Shown: in pieces, positions 16,448 to 25,024 of the stretch | How the letters are laid out: every line of letters starts with the position of its first letter | Position numbering within the stretch: the first letter of the stretch is position 1 | Source: a virus | Reading direction: 5' to 3' (one strand) | DNA length: 46,802 bases | IMG/VR virus record: IMGVR_UViG_3300039323_000029 | Made by a program: the position numbers and the translations under genes | The notes under the pieces: model-generated | Databases searched by the model: none | The model's input: the letters and a program-made list of their open reading frames with translations, nothing else | What the model was told of the DNA's origin: nothing

Positions 16448-17230
16448 TTACCTCCTGTATCTCGTCACACTGTTACAAATGGTCTGCAACTCCTGGTCAG
16501 GCAGCGGGGGCTTGCAACAGCGCTGGTTCACATAGCATAGTTCTGTATAAATCTGCTGCTTCGTGTATCCAGTGTTGTGCATGGCTCCGGCCAGAGAAGT
16601 GAGTGACAGGTTTCTGCCCCCAGACACAATTTCAGGGTAGTCAGGCCGCAAAAAGACCCTTGTTCCTTCCGGCTTCTTGAACTCCGGGGCGTATATCTTT
16701 TGAACCAGTGGGGACTTGCCGCCAGTCCGCTCCGTTTCTGGGAAATACTTCTGGACTACATAGTCAATGGCTTCCTGGTTCTCAACTATTTCAGGGAAGA
16801 TAACCACCTTGCCCGTCATAATGAAGAAGCGTCTTGCCTTGTAGATTTCCACACCAGCCAGATTGTTCCGGCCAGTGAAGGGGAGGTTTCCCCGCAGCAG
16901 AATGTGAACACCACGTCCACTGCGGGACTTCTCCGTGTATGAACCGCAGGCTTTCATAATGTCTGCGCACAGCGGGGTCATCAGGCCATCTTCAAAACCC
17001 ATGTCAATGTCAATGCCCACAATCCCGTTGTCAGCGAACACAAAGCCAAGGTGGTCATACACACCGCCCTCTACCGCAGCCTGCGCCTGCTCAAAAGTTC
17101 CCCAGGTTTCGGGTGCGGTAGAGGAAGCGGCCTTTCGCTCAAAGGATTTCATAGGGATTTTGGACGTATCCCAGGCACACACCCACTGTTTGAGATTTTT
17201 AAGTTCTTCTGGTATTCTGGAATAATCCAT
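16448..17230 (-). CDS. Bifunctional primase-polymerase (PrimPol) with PriCT-type C-terminal domain
   Basis: GIDIDM (DxD) and SRSGRGVHILL motifs. C-terminal GGRNLSLTSLAGAMHNTGYTKQQI...PLPDQELQTICNS. Start at ATG 17230 with an AAGGAGG RBS. Confidence 0.8.
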   Translation of the reverse strand: MDYSRIPEELKNLKQWVCAWDTSKIPMKSFERKAASSTAPETWGTFEQAQAAVEGGVYDHLGFVFADNGIVGIDIDMGFEDGLMTPLCADIMKACGSYTEKSRSGRGVHILLRGNLPFTGRNNLAGVEIYKARRFFIMTGKVVIFPEIVENQEAIDYVVQKYFPETERTGGKSPLVQKIYAPEFKKPEGTRVFLRPDYPEIVSGGRNLSLTSLAGAMHNTGYTKQQIYTELCYVNQRCCKPPLPDQELQTICNSVTRYRR

Positions 17231-17243
17231 CCCCGTATCCTCC

Positions 17244-18020
17244 TTAACCTGTAATGAGTTCGCTGTACGGAAGTTCTTCAATCCAGGCACAAAGGGTATG
17301 CCACTCGTCCAGCTTGTGGTTCTTGCGGGCATGGTACATATTCTTGAGTACCGCATAGTTTACCTGAACGGTGCGCTTCTGGTTGTAGCTGCTGGGAAGA
17401 AGCTGTATCATCTGCCACCAGAAACGCTTCTTCTGGGCTACGGTGTGCTTTCGCTCTGCGTCTGTCAGGTCAGTACGCTTGAGTTTTTCGGAAGCCACCA
17501 TGTAATTGTTGCGGTAGTGGTTCAGGACTCTAACCACGTATTCCAGACAGGTTGTGGGGTTCTCATAATACTCCATGTCCCCATTACCTTCTACACGGTC
17601 AATGCCGTTGAAAAGGTGTTCATGGCTGAAATCGTCCAGCACAAATTCCTTTGCATGGATTTTGTGCATGGTAGAACAGGAGTCGGCCACCGTTCCCACT
17701 TTGTAGGTATCAAACTCCTTCCACCAATACAGAGGGGCGGTCAGGTCTACGGTGACGGTAATCATGCGCAGGAACTTCCCGTGGTCATTTCCGGCAGCGG
17801 CCAGGGATTTCATCAGGTCAAGGTCGTTTTTGCCGACAATGAACTTATCAACCCTGCAATTATGGTCACTATTCAGTTCACACCCGAAACACCCGCCACC
17901 GGGATACTGGGGTTCCCAGCAGTAGTGACTATCACTCTTTGCCCAGGAGTTCTTAGGATTTCGCATACCCCGGACGGCGGCTTCCCATCCGTAGGTATCG
18001 GTTCTCTCAATCTTAATCAT
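17244..18020 (-). CDS. ThyX-fold (FAD-dependent thymidylate synthase-like) protein with a divergent active-site motif
   Basis: Collinear with ThyX blocks (GNDHGKFLRMITVTVDLTAPLYWWKEF ... VNYAVLKNMYHARKNHKLDEW), but the RHR...S.R motif region reads DTYKVGTVADSCSTMH. Confidence 0.6.
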   Translation of the reverse strand: MIKIERTDTYGWEAAVRGMRNPKNSWAKSDSHYCWEPQYPGGGCFGCELNSDHNCRVDKFIVGKNDLDLMKSLAAAGNDHGKFLRMITVTVDLTAPLYWWKEFDTYKVGTVADSCSTMHKIHAKEFVLDDFSHEHLFNGIDRVEGNGDMEYYENPTTCLEYVVRVLNHYRNNYMVASEKLKRTDLTDAERKHTVAQKKRFWWQMIQLLPSSYNQKRTVQVNYAVLKNMYHARKNHKLDEWHTLCAWIEELPYSELITG

Positions 18021-18207
18021 CGGACTGCTTCTCCTTTCTGTACACTTTCATGTACTCTTTGTAGTCCATACCCTCAAAGCCCGCAGCGGCCTTGAGCGCT
18101 TTCTTCTTTTCGGTGTACCGCTTAGACAGCGGGGTCTTTTCCTCACCGACACGGCAGACGTAATACTGGTTACTGCCTTTCTCCTTCGATACGGTGTACT
18201 CCAACAT
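18013..18207 (-). CDS. Hypothetical basic protein (64 aa)
   Basis: ORF overlapping both neighbours by a few nt. Confidence 0.45.
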   Translation of the reverse strand: MLEYTVSKEKGSNQYYVCRVGEEKTPLSKRYTEKKKALKAAAGFEGMDYKEYMKVYRKEKQSDD

Positions 18208-20348
18208 TACATACTCACCCTTTCCTTGATTTCGGCCATCTTTGCAGCGTTCAGGCGGGTATCGCCGTGGACTCTGCTGTACGACAGGTAACCGTTCATG
18301 CGGTCAATCTTCGTCAGGTTGGCACTGCCACACTTCGGGCAGACTTCCATTTCCAACTGCTGGTGACCACAATCCTCACAATAGGCCAGGGAGAGGTTGA
18401 CTCCCTCATAGAAGCCCTTCTTCATGGCACGGCGTACCAGAGTTCTCACAGCGTCCAGATTGTAGCCAATGGGATAGCGCACATACTGGATTTTCCCGCC
18501 GTTGCACAAATCCCAGAAACGTCCTTCCAGGTCTTGCTTCTGGATAGGGGTGAGTTCTTCGGTGACGTGGCAGTGGAAGGAATTGCTCACGTAGGGGCGG
18601 TCACTTACGTTCTCCACGATACCGTACTTCTTGCGGAACTGCTCAATCTGCAAACCGCAAAGGCTTTCAGCGGGAGTGCCGTAGATAGCATACAGCCATC
18701 CATCTTCCTGCTTGAACTGGGTGACCTTCTTGTTGATGTACTCCATGACCTCAAGAGCGAAAGCGCCGTCCTCCGCAATGGACTTCCCGTTGTACAATTC
18801 CTGCAATTCATTGAGGGCAGTAATGCCAAAGGAAGCGGTCATGGGTTTCAGCAGGGGCTTAATCTTGTCAGTAGGTTTCAGGTGACCACCATACAGACCA
18901 CCTTCGCAGAACTGAATAGGGTTCACGCTTGCCCGCATTTCACCCAGATAGTCGTAGGTACGCTTATGTACCCCTCTAATCATTTCCAGGTAGTAGTCCA
19001 GAACTTCGTAGAAATCCCGGTTCTCCTGTCTGGCCTTTGCCAGTATCATAGGCAGGTGCAGGCTTACAGCGCCTACATTGAAACGGCCAACGAACACAGG
19101 CTTGTCATCATCGTCCGCAGGGGTCATCCCGCCACGTTCATACCACGGGGAGAGGAACGCACGGCAACCCATAGGAGATACCACTCGGCCATACTTCTTG
19201 TACATTTCGGCCACATAGCCGTCACCAGTCAGGGACAGCCAGTCAGGGTACATGGTCTTTGCAGAACACTGGATACCAGCTTCAAACACGTCCTCATTGA
19301 TACAACCCTCACCATGCAGCGCTTCATCGTACAGAAAAACCAGCTTCGGGAACAGCACAGGTTTCTTGTTACCTGGCTTGCCCTGGCCGTTCTGGTGAAC
19401 ACGCAGGAAGGTCTTTGCGGCCATCTTACCAAAGGTGTCCGTAGCCAGACCAAAGGTCATAGTGATAAAGGGATAATCACCACGGGAACTGCCCACGGTG
19501 TTCAGCTTCATTTCGATACCCTGGAAGCCCTGCTCAAACTCACGCTGAACTTTGTTCAGTGCATATTCCCGGCTCAACTGCTGGGCAGTATCATGGTCAG
19601 CGCCCAGGTGGAACGCAGTGTCCATGTATTCTTCAACGTACTTGTCATAGGACTTGACCGCATAAGGGGCAAGGATTTTATCAACCTCCGGGACAGTGAA
19701 GCCGCCGTACTGCTGGGAAGCAGTAGCCAGAATAATATCACCCAGTACGTCAAAGGCCGTATCAAGGGACTTCGGCTCGTTGTACCAGACGTTACCCATT
19801 TCAAAGCCGCCCTCCATCACGTGGCCTACATCACACAGACAGCAGTTGATGGTATCCAGTCGGGCAGACTGGTCATGGATATAGATATAGCCCTCTTTGC
19901 AAGCCTGCAACTCGTCACGGGTCATAAAGAATTTGCGATACAGGCGCTTGTTGAGTTCGTTGAAGATAAGGCAGCGCTTAGTGGCTACCAGTGCGGAGTC
20001 GGTGTTTGCGTTCTCCTTGTCACCGATAAATCGGATGGACTGGGACTGCATGAACACTTCATCCATCATGTGAACAAAGTCTTTCTTGTAGTTGCGGTAG
20101 TCCTTATAGGACTTAGCCACAGCAGGGTTGAAGTTCTCAAGTACCTGCTCCATAATATTGTGCATTTCGGATACAGGGATTTCCTCAAGCCCTTTCTGCT
20201 GAATGGTCTGGATGACGGCGCTCACCAGGTCGTGGAAATCGCTGTCAGTCATGGTAACCATGACACGGGCAGCAGACTTCGTAACTGCGTTCACAATCTT
20301 CTGGCCGTCAAAGGCTTCCAGTGTTCCGTCTTTCTTAATGACTTTCAT
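18207..20348 (-). CDS. nrdD: Anaerobic ribonucleoside-triphosphate reductase
   Basis: N-terminal ATP-cone (VIKKDGTLEAFDGQKIVNAV), C-terminal Zn ribbon CEDCGH..CPKCGS and glycyl-radical motif RMNGYL. Start could also be 20390. Confidence 0.92.
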   Translation of the reverse strand: MKVIKKDGTLEAFDGQKIVNAVTKSAARVMVTMTDSDFHDLVSAVIQTIQQKGLEEIPVSEMHNIMEQVLENFNPAVAKSYKDYRNYKKDFVHMMDEVFMQSQSIRFIGDKENANTDSALVATKRCLIFNELNKRLYRKFFMTRDELQACKEGYIYIHDQSARLDTINCCLCDVGHVMEGGFEMGNVWYNEPKSLDTAFDVLGDIILATASQQYGGFTVPEVDKILAPYAVKSYDKYVEEYMDTAFHLGADHDTAQQLSREYALNKVQREFEQGFQGIEMKLNTVGSSRGDYPFITMTFGLATDTFGKMAAKTFLRVHQNGQGKPGNKKPVLFPKLVFLYDEALHGEGCINEDVFEAGIQCSAKTMYPDWLSLTGDGYVAEMYKKYGRVVSPMGCRAFLSPWYERGGMTPADDDDKPVFVGRFNVGAVSLHLPMILAKARQENRDFYEVLDYYLEMIRGVHKRTYDYLGEMRASVNPIQFCEGGLYGGHLKPTDKIKPLLKPMTASFGITALNELQELYNGKSIAEDGAFALEVMEYINKKVTQFKQEDGWLYAIYGTPAESLCGLQIEQFRKKYGIVENVSDRPYVSNSFHCHVTEELTPIQKQDLEGRFWDLCNGGKIQYVRYPIGYNLDAVRTLVRRAMKKGFYEGVNLSLAYCEDCGHQQLEMEVCPKCGSANLTKIDRMNGYLSYSRVHGDTRLNAAKMAEIKERVSM

Positions 20349-20844
20349 GGAGAATGACCCTCCCTTCCTTGAGTGTGTTTTGTACGTCAATCACCTGCTG
20401 GTTGGTACTGCCAGCCCAGGGGTAATTTACGTCCAGCAGTTCGGCCACGAACTTGCCGTCAACCAGCACGTCCACGAACTTCATCATGTCTGCCATTTCA
20501 GCGTTATCCATGACCTCTGCCCAGGTGTACCCGGTATAAACCCAGATAGTCTTGCCGGGATGATTGTGCTTGACGGACTCCATGATAACCTTTACCGCAG
20601 CACGGTTAGCCGGATGGAGGGGGTCACCACCAGAGAAGGTGATACCTGCAATGTGTTCCTGCTCCAACGCATGGAACAGTTCATCCATATCCTTCAAGCC
20701 AAAGGGAACGCCGTCATTCGGGTTCCAGGTGACAGGGTTCTGGCAGTCCTTGCAATGGTGTTCACACCCTGCTACCCAGAGGACTACCCGCAGGCCGTCA
20801 CCGTTGTTCATATCATCGTAGGTGATGTTGTGATACTTCATCAC
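20335..20844 (-). CDS. nrdG: Anaerobic RNR activating enzyme (radical SAM)
   Basis: CEHHCKDCQN = CxxxCxxC cluster motif, GGDP motif; adjacent to nrdD. Confidence 0.9.
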   Translation of the reverse strand: MMKYHNITYDDMNNGDGLRVVLWVAGCEHHCKDCQNPVTWNPNDGVPFGLKDMDELFHALEQEHIAGITFSGGDPLHPANRAAVKVIMESVKHNHPGKTIWVYTGYTWAEVMDNAEMADMMKFVDVLVDGKFVAELLDVNYPWAGSTNQQVIDVQNTLKEGRVILHESH

Positions 20845-21224
20845 ACGTCACCCGCCTTGCGGTGGGCAGACAACTCTACGTCAAACCCGTCCGGGTAACG
20901 GGCTTTCAGCTTGTCAATGTTCATCTGCATAATCTGGCTCATATCCCAGCCAAAGGAATGACAAATCATGGCGATATACCACAGAATGTCACCAACCTCC
21001 TTCTGGGCATGGTCAATATCAAGGGGCTTCTCATGGAAAATCCACTTCTTGACCATATCGTTGAACTCTCCGGCTTCGCCGGACAGACCCAGACAGCCGT
21101 TCAGGATACCACCTACATCAATGCTGGGGTCATCAAGGTAGTTGTCGGCCATGTTGGACAGACGGTAGGTAGCGTTGCCATCGTTGGTGCGCATGGCAAG
21201 CTGCTGATACTCATTAGCGTTCAT
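20841..21224 (-). CDS. MazG-like all-alpha nucleoside triphosphate pyrophosphohydrolase
   Basis: LSGEAGEFNDMVKK....EVGDILWYIAMI (EExxE/D-type motifs). Confidence 0.8.
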   Translation of the reverse strand: MNANEYQQLAMRTNDGNATYRLSNMADNYLDDPSIDVGGILNGCLGLSGEAGEFNDMVKKWIFHEKPLDIDHAQKEVGDILWYIAMICHSFGWDMSQIMQMNIDKLKARYPDGFDVELSAHRKAGDV

Positions 21225-21345
21225 CTTCGTTTTCCTCCTTCTTTTGCTTCATTTCGGTAGCCACCGCAGCCCCGGTAATGATACCAAGGGCGAACAGCAG
21301 GATACCCATAAAACCAAGGACGGCCAGCAGAATGATAATTTTCAT
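21214..21345 (-). CDS. Small membrane peptide (43 aa)
   Basis: TAAGGAGGACAAGGC-ATG. MKIIILLAVLGFMGILLFALGIITGAAVATEMKQKKEENEDER. Confidence 0.45.
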   Translation of the reverse strand: MKIIILLAVLGFMGILLFALGIITGAAVATEMKQKKEENEDER

Positions 21346-21357
21346 GCCTTGTCCTCC

Positions 21358-21909
21358 TTAGATACCGATAACACGGGACGCAATCATGTCAGCCGTGTGG
21401 GAGTAGAGAACATTGGGATACTGCTCAATAGCAGCGCCCAGGTTGTTCCAGTTCTCCTTGTCATCGTAGGCTCCCATGTGCCAGCGAATACAGAGGATTT
21501 CTTCATCCGTCAGGTCAACAAGGGTTTGGGCAAGGATAACGGACTTGTCACCGTGACCGTTCAAGACCAGGTTCTTCTTATGAGTCCATTCACGGGAGAA
21601 CCCGTCATACTGATACTGGTCTGCCTTGCACAGGTCGTGCAGCATACCTACCAGATAGGGGCTTTCGGGACGTTGCCAATGAAGGTTCAACTGGTCAGTC
21701 AGTTTCAGCAGGGCGGTGGTAACCTCATATGAGTGGTCGAACAGACCGCCACCGTAGTTGCCGTGGTACTTTGTGGACGCAGGTGCGTCAAAGAAGTGCA
21801 TAGCGTCCAGTTCGTCACACAGGCGTTCATGGACTTCTGCGGGATAAACAGCAGAGAACAGCTTGCGGAAGTTCTCAATACGTTCCTGCTTCGTAGTTTG
21901 CTTACTCAT
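21358..21909 (-). CDS. HD-domain phosphohydrolase
   Basis: YHGNYGGGLFDHS and GMLHDLCK motifs (H...HD...D). Confidence 0.8.
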   Translation of the reverse strand: MSKQTTKQERIENFRKLFSAVYPAEVHERLCDELDAMHFFDAPASTKYHGNYGGGLFDHSYEVTTALLKLTDQLNLHWQRPESPYLVGMLHDLCKADQYQYDGFSREWTHKKNLVLNGHGDKSVILAQTLVDLTDEEILCIRWHMGAYDDKENWNNLGAAIEQYPNVLYSHTADMIASRVIGI

Positions 21910-22005
21910 TTTAACACTCCAATCCTTGAAAACTGCAAATATAGATAATAAGCATTGGAGAGTTTGAAGGTAAACTTCGCCCTCTCCTTTGCTTACATCA
22001 GGGGG

Positions 22006-22500
22006 TTATCCCAGGATACTGTTCAGGTCAAAGGGCTTCTTTCCACCAGCGGCGGGCTTGCTCTGGGTAGGAGCGGTAGTCTTAGCAGGGGACTTCTTTG
22101 CAGCAGGAGCGGGGGTTTCGTCATAGCCGTCAGCAGACTCCTTGTCACCCAGACGGGCGAACTTGAGCATTTTGCCGGGTGTACGGTTGGACTCAACTTC
22201 CTCATGCTCCACGTCACAACGGATGAAGCAGCCAACCAAGTCCTCATGGTCGATTTCGGCCAGGGAGAAGTCGTTGAGCGCCACCTTTGCAAAGTAGCTG
22301 AAAGCGTTCAAACCACCCTGGTTGGGTTCGCCGTCCTTATTCAGCAGGGAGAAACGCTCCACGTGCTTCTGGCCGCTGGCAAGCTGCATGGTAATTTCCA
22401 TCTTGCCAAAGTCCTCCTTGTAGTTGACGGCGGTAATCTGGAACACATGGGTTCCTTCCGGGATAAGGGAGAAGCCCTCACTCAATCCAATCTTAGCCAT
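22006..22500 (-). CDS. DUF669-type protein (putative ssDNA-binding partner of the recombination module)
   Basis: MAKIGLSEGFSLIPEGTHVFQITAV... N-terminus typical of DUF669; Pro/Ala/Lys-rich tail. Start at ATG 22500. Confidence 0.6.
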   Translation of the reverse strand: MAKIGLSEGFSLIPEGTHVFQITAVNYKEDFGKMEITMQLASGQKHVERFSLLNKDGEPNQGGLNAFSYFAKVALNDFSLAEIDHEDLVGCFIRCDVEHEEVESNRTPGKMLKFARLGDKESADGYDETPAPAAKKSPAKTTAPTQSKPAAGGKKPFDLNSILG

Positions 22501-22639
22501 TGTATTTTCCTCCTTTAGTAGCGATACGCTTATTGTGGTTTTTGGTAGCCATGTAGCGGGCAATCATACCCAGATTGATGACTACGATTTCTACGAACAG
22601 AGTTGCAAGAACTCCGAACAGAACAGGGTTGATATACAT
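22493..22639 (-). CDS. Small membrane peptide (48 aa)
   Basis: MYINPVLFGVLATLFVEIVVINLGMIARYMATKNHNKRIATKGGKYNG; ATGGCTAA overlap with the next gene. Confidence 0.4.
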   Translation of the reverse strand: MYINPVLFGVLATLFVEIVVINLGMIARYMATKNHNKRIATKGGKYNG

Positions 22640-22647
22640 TAGGTGCT

Positions 22648-23688
22648 TTACTCCTTTCTTTCCTTCGGGGTCAGGCGGTAGGTGACGGTTTCCTTCGTCT
22701 TGTACTTGTCCAGAACCCCATCCTTCTTCATAGCGGCTTCGTCCACCTTGAGGGACGTACTTCTTGCGGTCACCCAGTCAAACCGGGAACCCTTAATGAT
22801 GACCTGCTTGTCACCGTCACGGAACTGCTCAACGCTGGCTTCCTTGATAAGGTCTTTCAGGGTTTTCAGCCGCTTTTCATCTTCGGCAATGCCCGCCATA
22901 ACCTTATCAATCTTGTCCTGCAACTGCTCTGCTTCGGCAATCATAGCGTCAATGTCACTGTCCGGGGACAGGTTATTAGCACGGAGAACCTTGAGGATTT
23001 CAGCGTCCTTCTTCTCGTCATACTTCGGAGAAACGCCGCCCTCCACGTGCTTCTTCCACCAGGCTTCAACCTTTTTGAGGGTCTTGCCCAGGTTCGGGTA
23101 ACGCTCCGATACCTTGAAAGCCCGCTCAAAGGTGTTGTCTGCGGTGACAACAAAGTCCTCCGGCTTGTCATAATCCTTTTCCTCAAGGATGGAACAGACC
23201 ATGATAACGTCATCCACACCCAGCAGGTAGGCGTAAAGTGCAGCCTGCAATGCGTAATACTCCGGGATACCATCTACCCAGTCCTCCGCACGTTTGGTGG
23301 TTTTCATTTCCATCACGGTAGTAGGCTTGCCGTCCTTATCAACGAACAGATAGTCCCACATACCGCCGAAAATGGGTTCATCCTTGAAGAAGTCACCCCA
23401 AGTTTTCTTGAAGTAGTCCGCACCGTACACATCGGTAGGGGTGACCAGGTGCTTCCAGAAATACTTACCCTTCATGTACTCTGCCTGCTTCGGCTCAATG
23501 GCCTTACCAGCCAGGGTGTAGATGGTATCCACAAAAGGTTCCTCATAGGTGCGGGTAATTGCACACCAGGCATTGAACGGTGTAGTCCACTGGTTCAGTC
23601 CCATAATGGCCGCAAATCGTGTACCAGTACACTTTTTGGGTTTGGCCGGGGGAGTGATGGAGATAGTACCATCGTTATTCCATTTCAT
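22648..23688 (-). CDS. YqaJ / lambda-exonuclease-like PD-(D/E)xK recombination exonuclease
   Basis: GTRFAAIMGLNQW..., GGMWDYLF..VMEMKTT (D..ExK), YYALQAALYAYLLG. Confidence 0.8.
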   Translation of the reverse strand: MKWNNDGTISITPPAKPKKCTGTRFAAIMGLNQWTTPFNAWCAITRTYEEPFVDTIYTLAGKAIEPKQAEYMKGKYFWKHLVTPTDVYGADYFKKTWGDFFKDEPIFGGMWDYLFVDKDGKPTTVMEMKTTKRAEDWVDGIPEYYALQAALYAYLLGVDDVIMVCSILEEKDYDKPEDFVVTADNTFERAFKVSERYPNLGKTLKKVEAWWKKHVEGGVSPKYDEKKDAEILKVLRANNLSPDSDIDAMIAEAEQLQDKIDKVMAGIAEDEKRLKTLKDLIKEASVEQFRDGDKQVIIKGSRFDWVTARSTSLKVDEAAMKKDGVLDKYKTKETVTYRLTPKERKE

Positions 23689-23701
23689 GGCTTATACCTC
23701 C

Positions 23702-23824
23702 TTATACGTAGTTACGCCAGTGGCGGGCAAAGAAGGACTTACCGTCCGCACCTTTGCGGTTCATGTGCTGAATACCAGCACGTTTCATATTGTGTCGTGC
23801 GACACTGCGCAGCAGCTTTCTCAT
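23702..23824 (-). CDS. Small Arg/Lys-rich protein (40 aa)
   Basis: ATGA overlap with the upstream stop. MRKLLRSVARHNMKRAGIQHMNRKGADGKSFFARHWRNYV. Confidence 0.35.
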   Translation of the reverse strand: MRKLLRSVARHNMKRAGIQHMNRKGADGKSFFARHWRNYV

Positions 23825-24108
23825 ACTGTCTGTACCTCCTTCTCACATTTTCTTTCGGTGAGTTCCATAATGGCGTAGTTTGCCAAGTCCATCAGGGTAT
23901 CGTCCAAGGTTTCATCAACCTGGGCGGTATGCTCACCGTTACGGGTGAGAGTCATATACCGCTGGAACTTGTCATACAGCTTGCCAAGGGTGTAGTTGGG
24001 AACCTCACGCCTTGCTTTAGCAAAGCTGTCCCCGTAATCTGCGTTCTTACGCTGATACAGAACCTTGATGTTATCGCAGATTTCAGCGTGAACCTGAACC
24101 TTGTCCAT
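23821..24108 (-). CDS. DUF1599-like small all-alpha protein (MazG-related, nucleotide-modification associated)
   Basis: KNADYGDSF....GKLYDKFQRYMTL pattern as recalled for DUF1599. Confidence 0.5.
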   Translation of the reverse strand: MDKVQVHAEICDNIKVLYQRKNADYGDSFAKARREVPNYTLGKLYDKFQRYMTLTRNGEHTAQVDETLDDTLMDLANYAIMELTERKCEKEVQTV

Positions 24109-24110
24109 AG

Positions 24111-25013
24111 TTAATTGCCCTCCTTCAAGAAGGATACCGCTTCGGAGTAGTTGTCGCAGAGAAGTTGCAGTTCACGCTTTTCCCGGCGCTCCTGGTCACA
24201 TACCTGCTGATACAGGGTATCGTCACGGTACATGGTGACCTGCTCCGTAATAAGGTCAGTGATGACCTTCGGTTCCAGTGCGTCCAACTCCCAAGACTCG
24301 TTTCCAAACTTCTGGATATAACCCCAGCAGCGGCTATCCGTCAGTTTGGCCGGGTTGGGTGGTGGAGTGTAGAAGTCAATCTGTTCCATCGTCAGGGCAA
24401 CACGCTTGACCATCACGTCCGCTCCAAACATTTCAAGCCGCTCCTGAATGTCACGGGTCATATCAATGCCGGACGGGTCGTGGTCACCCAAGTGGATGAT
24501 GATACGCTGCTCCCGGTCATCCCTACGGATAAATCTCTGCGCCGCAGCCCACATTTCGGACTGGGAAGTGTAGCCACGGCAGGAGAAGAACGGCACGTCC
24601 AGAGGGCGGCAAGCCTGCCCCACAACGTCCACCAGTGCGTCCTTCTCAACCCATACCTCAACATAGTTAGGCTGTCCCTCCCACTTATCCAGACGGTAGG
24701 AATACTTTGCAGACTCAATTACTTCTGCGGGCGTATCCCAGTGAGAATTGCCACGGAGATTTCGGGTGCGGTCAGTGATTGCATACCAGTCAATCAGTCC
24801 GGCCAGTCGGCCATCGTTGATAAGGTTGCCAATGTTCTTGTAGCTTCTCTCGTTGTTCGGGATATAGCCACGGGCAACCAACTGGTAGTACGCTTGTCGC
24901 AGAGTCAGTTCATAACCCTGCGCCTGATATTCCTGAATAACCTGGTTGACCAGCTTAATCAGGTCAAGGCTGGATTGTCGGAAGTTGATTTCCTTATACT
25001 GAATGTTCGGCAT
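24111..25013 (-). CDS. Stand-alone topoisomerase VI subunit A / Spo11-like protein (Mini-A type): winged-helix 5Y-CAP plus Toprim
   Basis: LTLRQAYYQL (candidate catalytic Tyr), VWVEKDAL (Toprim Glu), LGDHDPSG (DxD). No B subunit nearby. Confidence 0.65.
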   Translation of the reverse strand: MPNIQYKEINFRQSSLDLIKLVNQVIQEYQAQGYELTLRQAYYQLVARGYIPNNERSYKNIGNLINDGRLAGLIDWYAITDRTRNLRGNSHWDTPAEVIESAKYSYRLDKWEGQPNYVEVWVEKDALVDVVGQACRPLDVPFFSCRGYTSQSEMWAAAQRFIRRDDREQRIIIHLGDHDPSGIDMTRDIQERLEMFGADVMVKRVALTMEQIDFYTPPPNPAKLTDSRCWGYIQKFGNESWELDALEPKVITDLITEQVTMYRDDTLYQQVCDQERREKRELQLLCDNYSEAVSFLKEGN

Positions 25014-25024
25014 AAGCAACCTCC

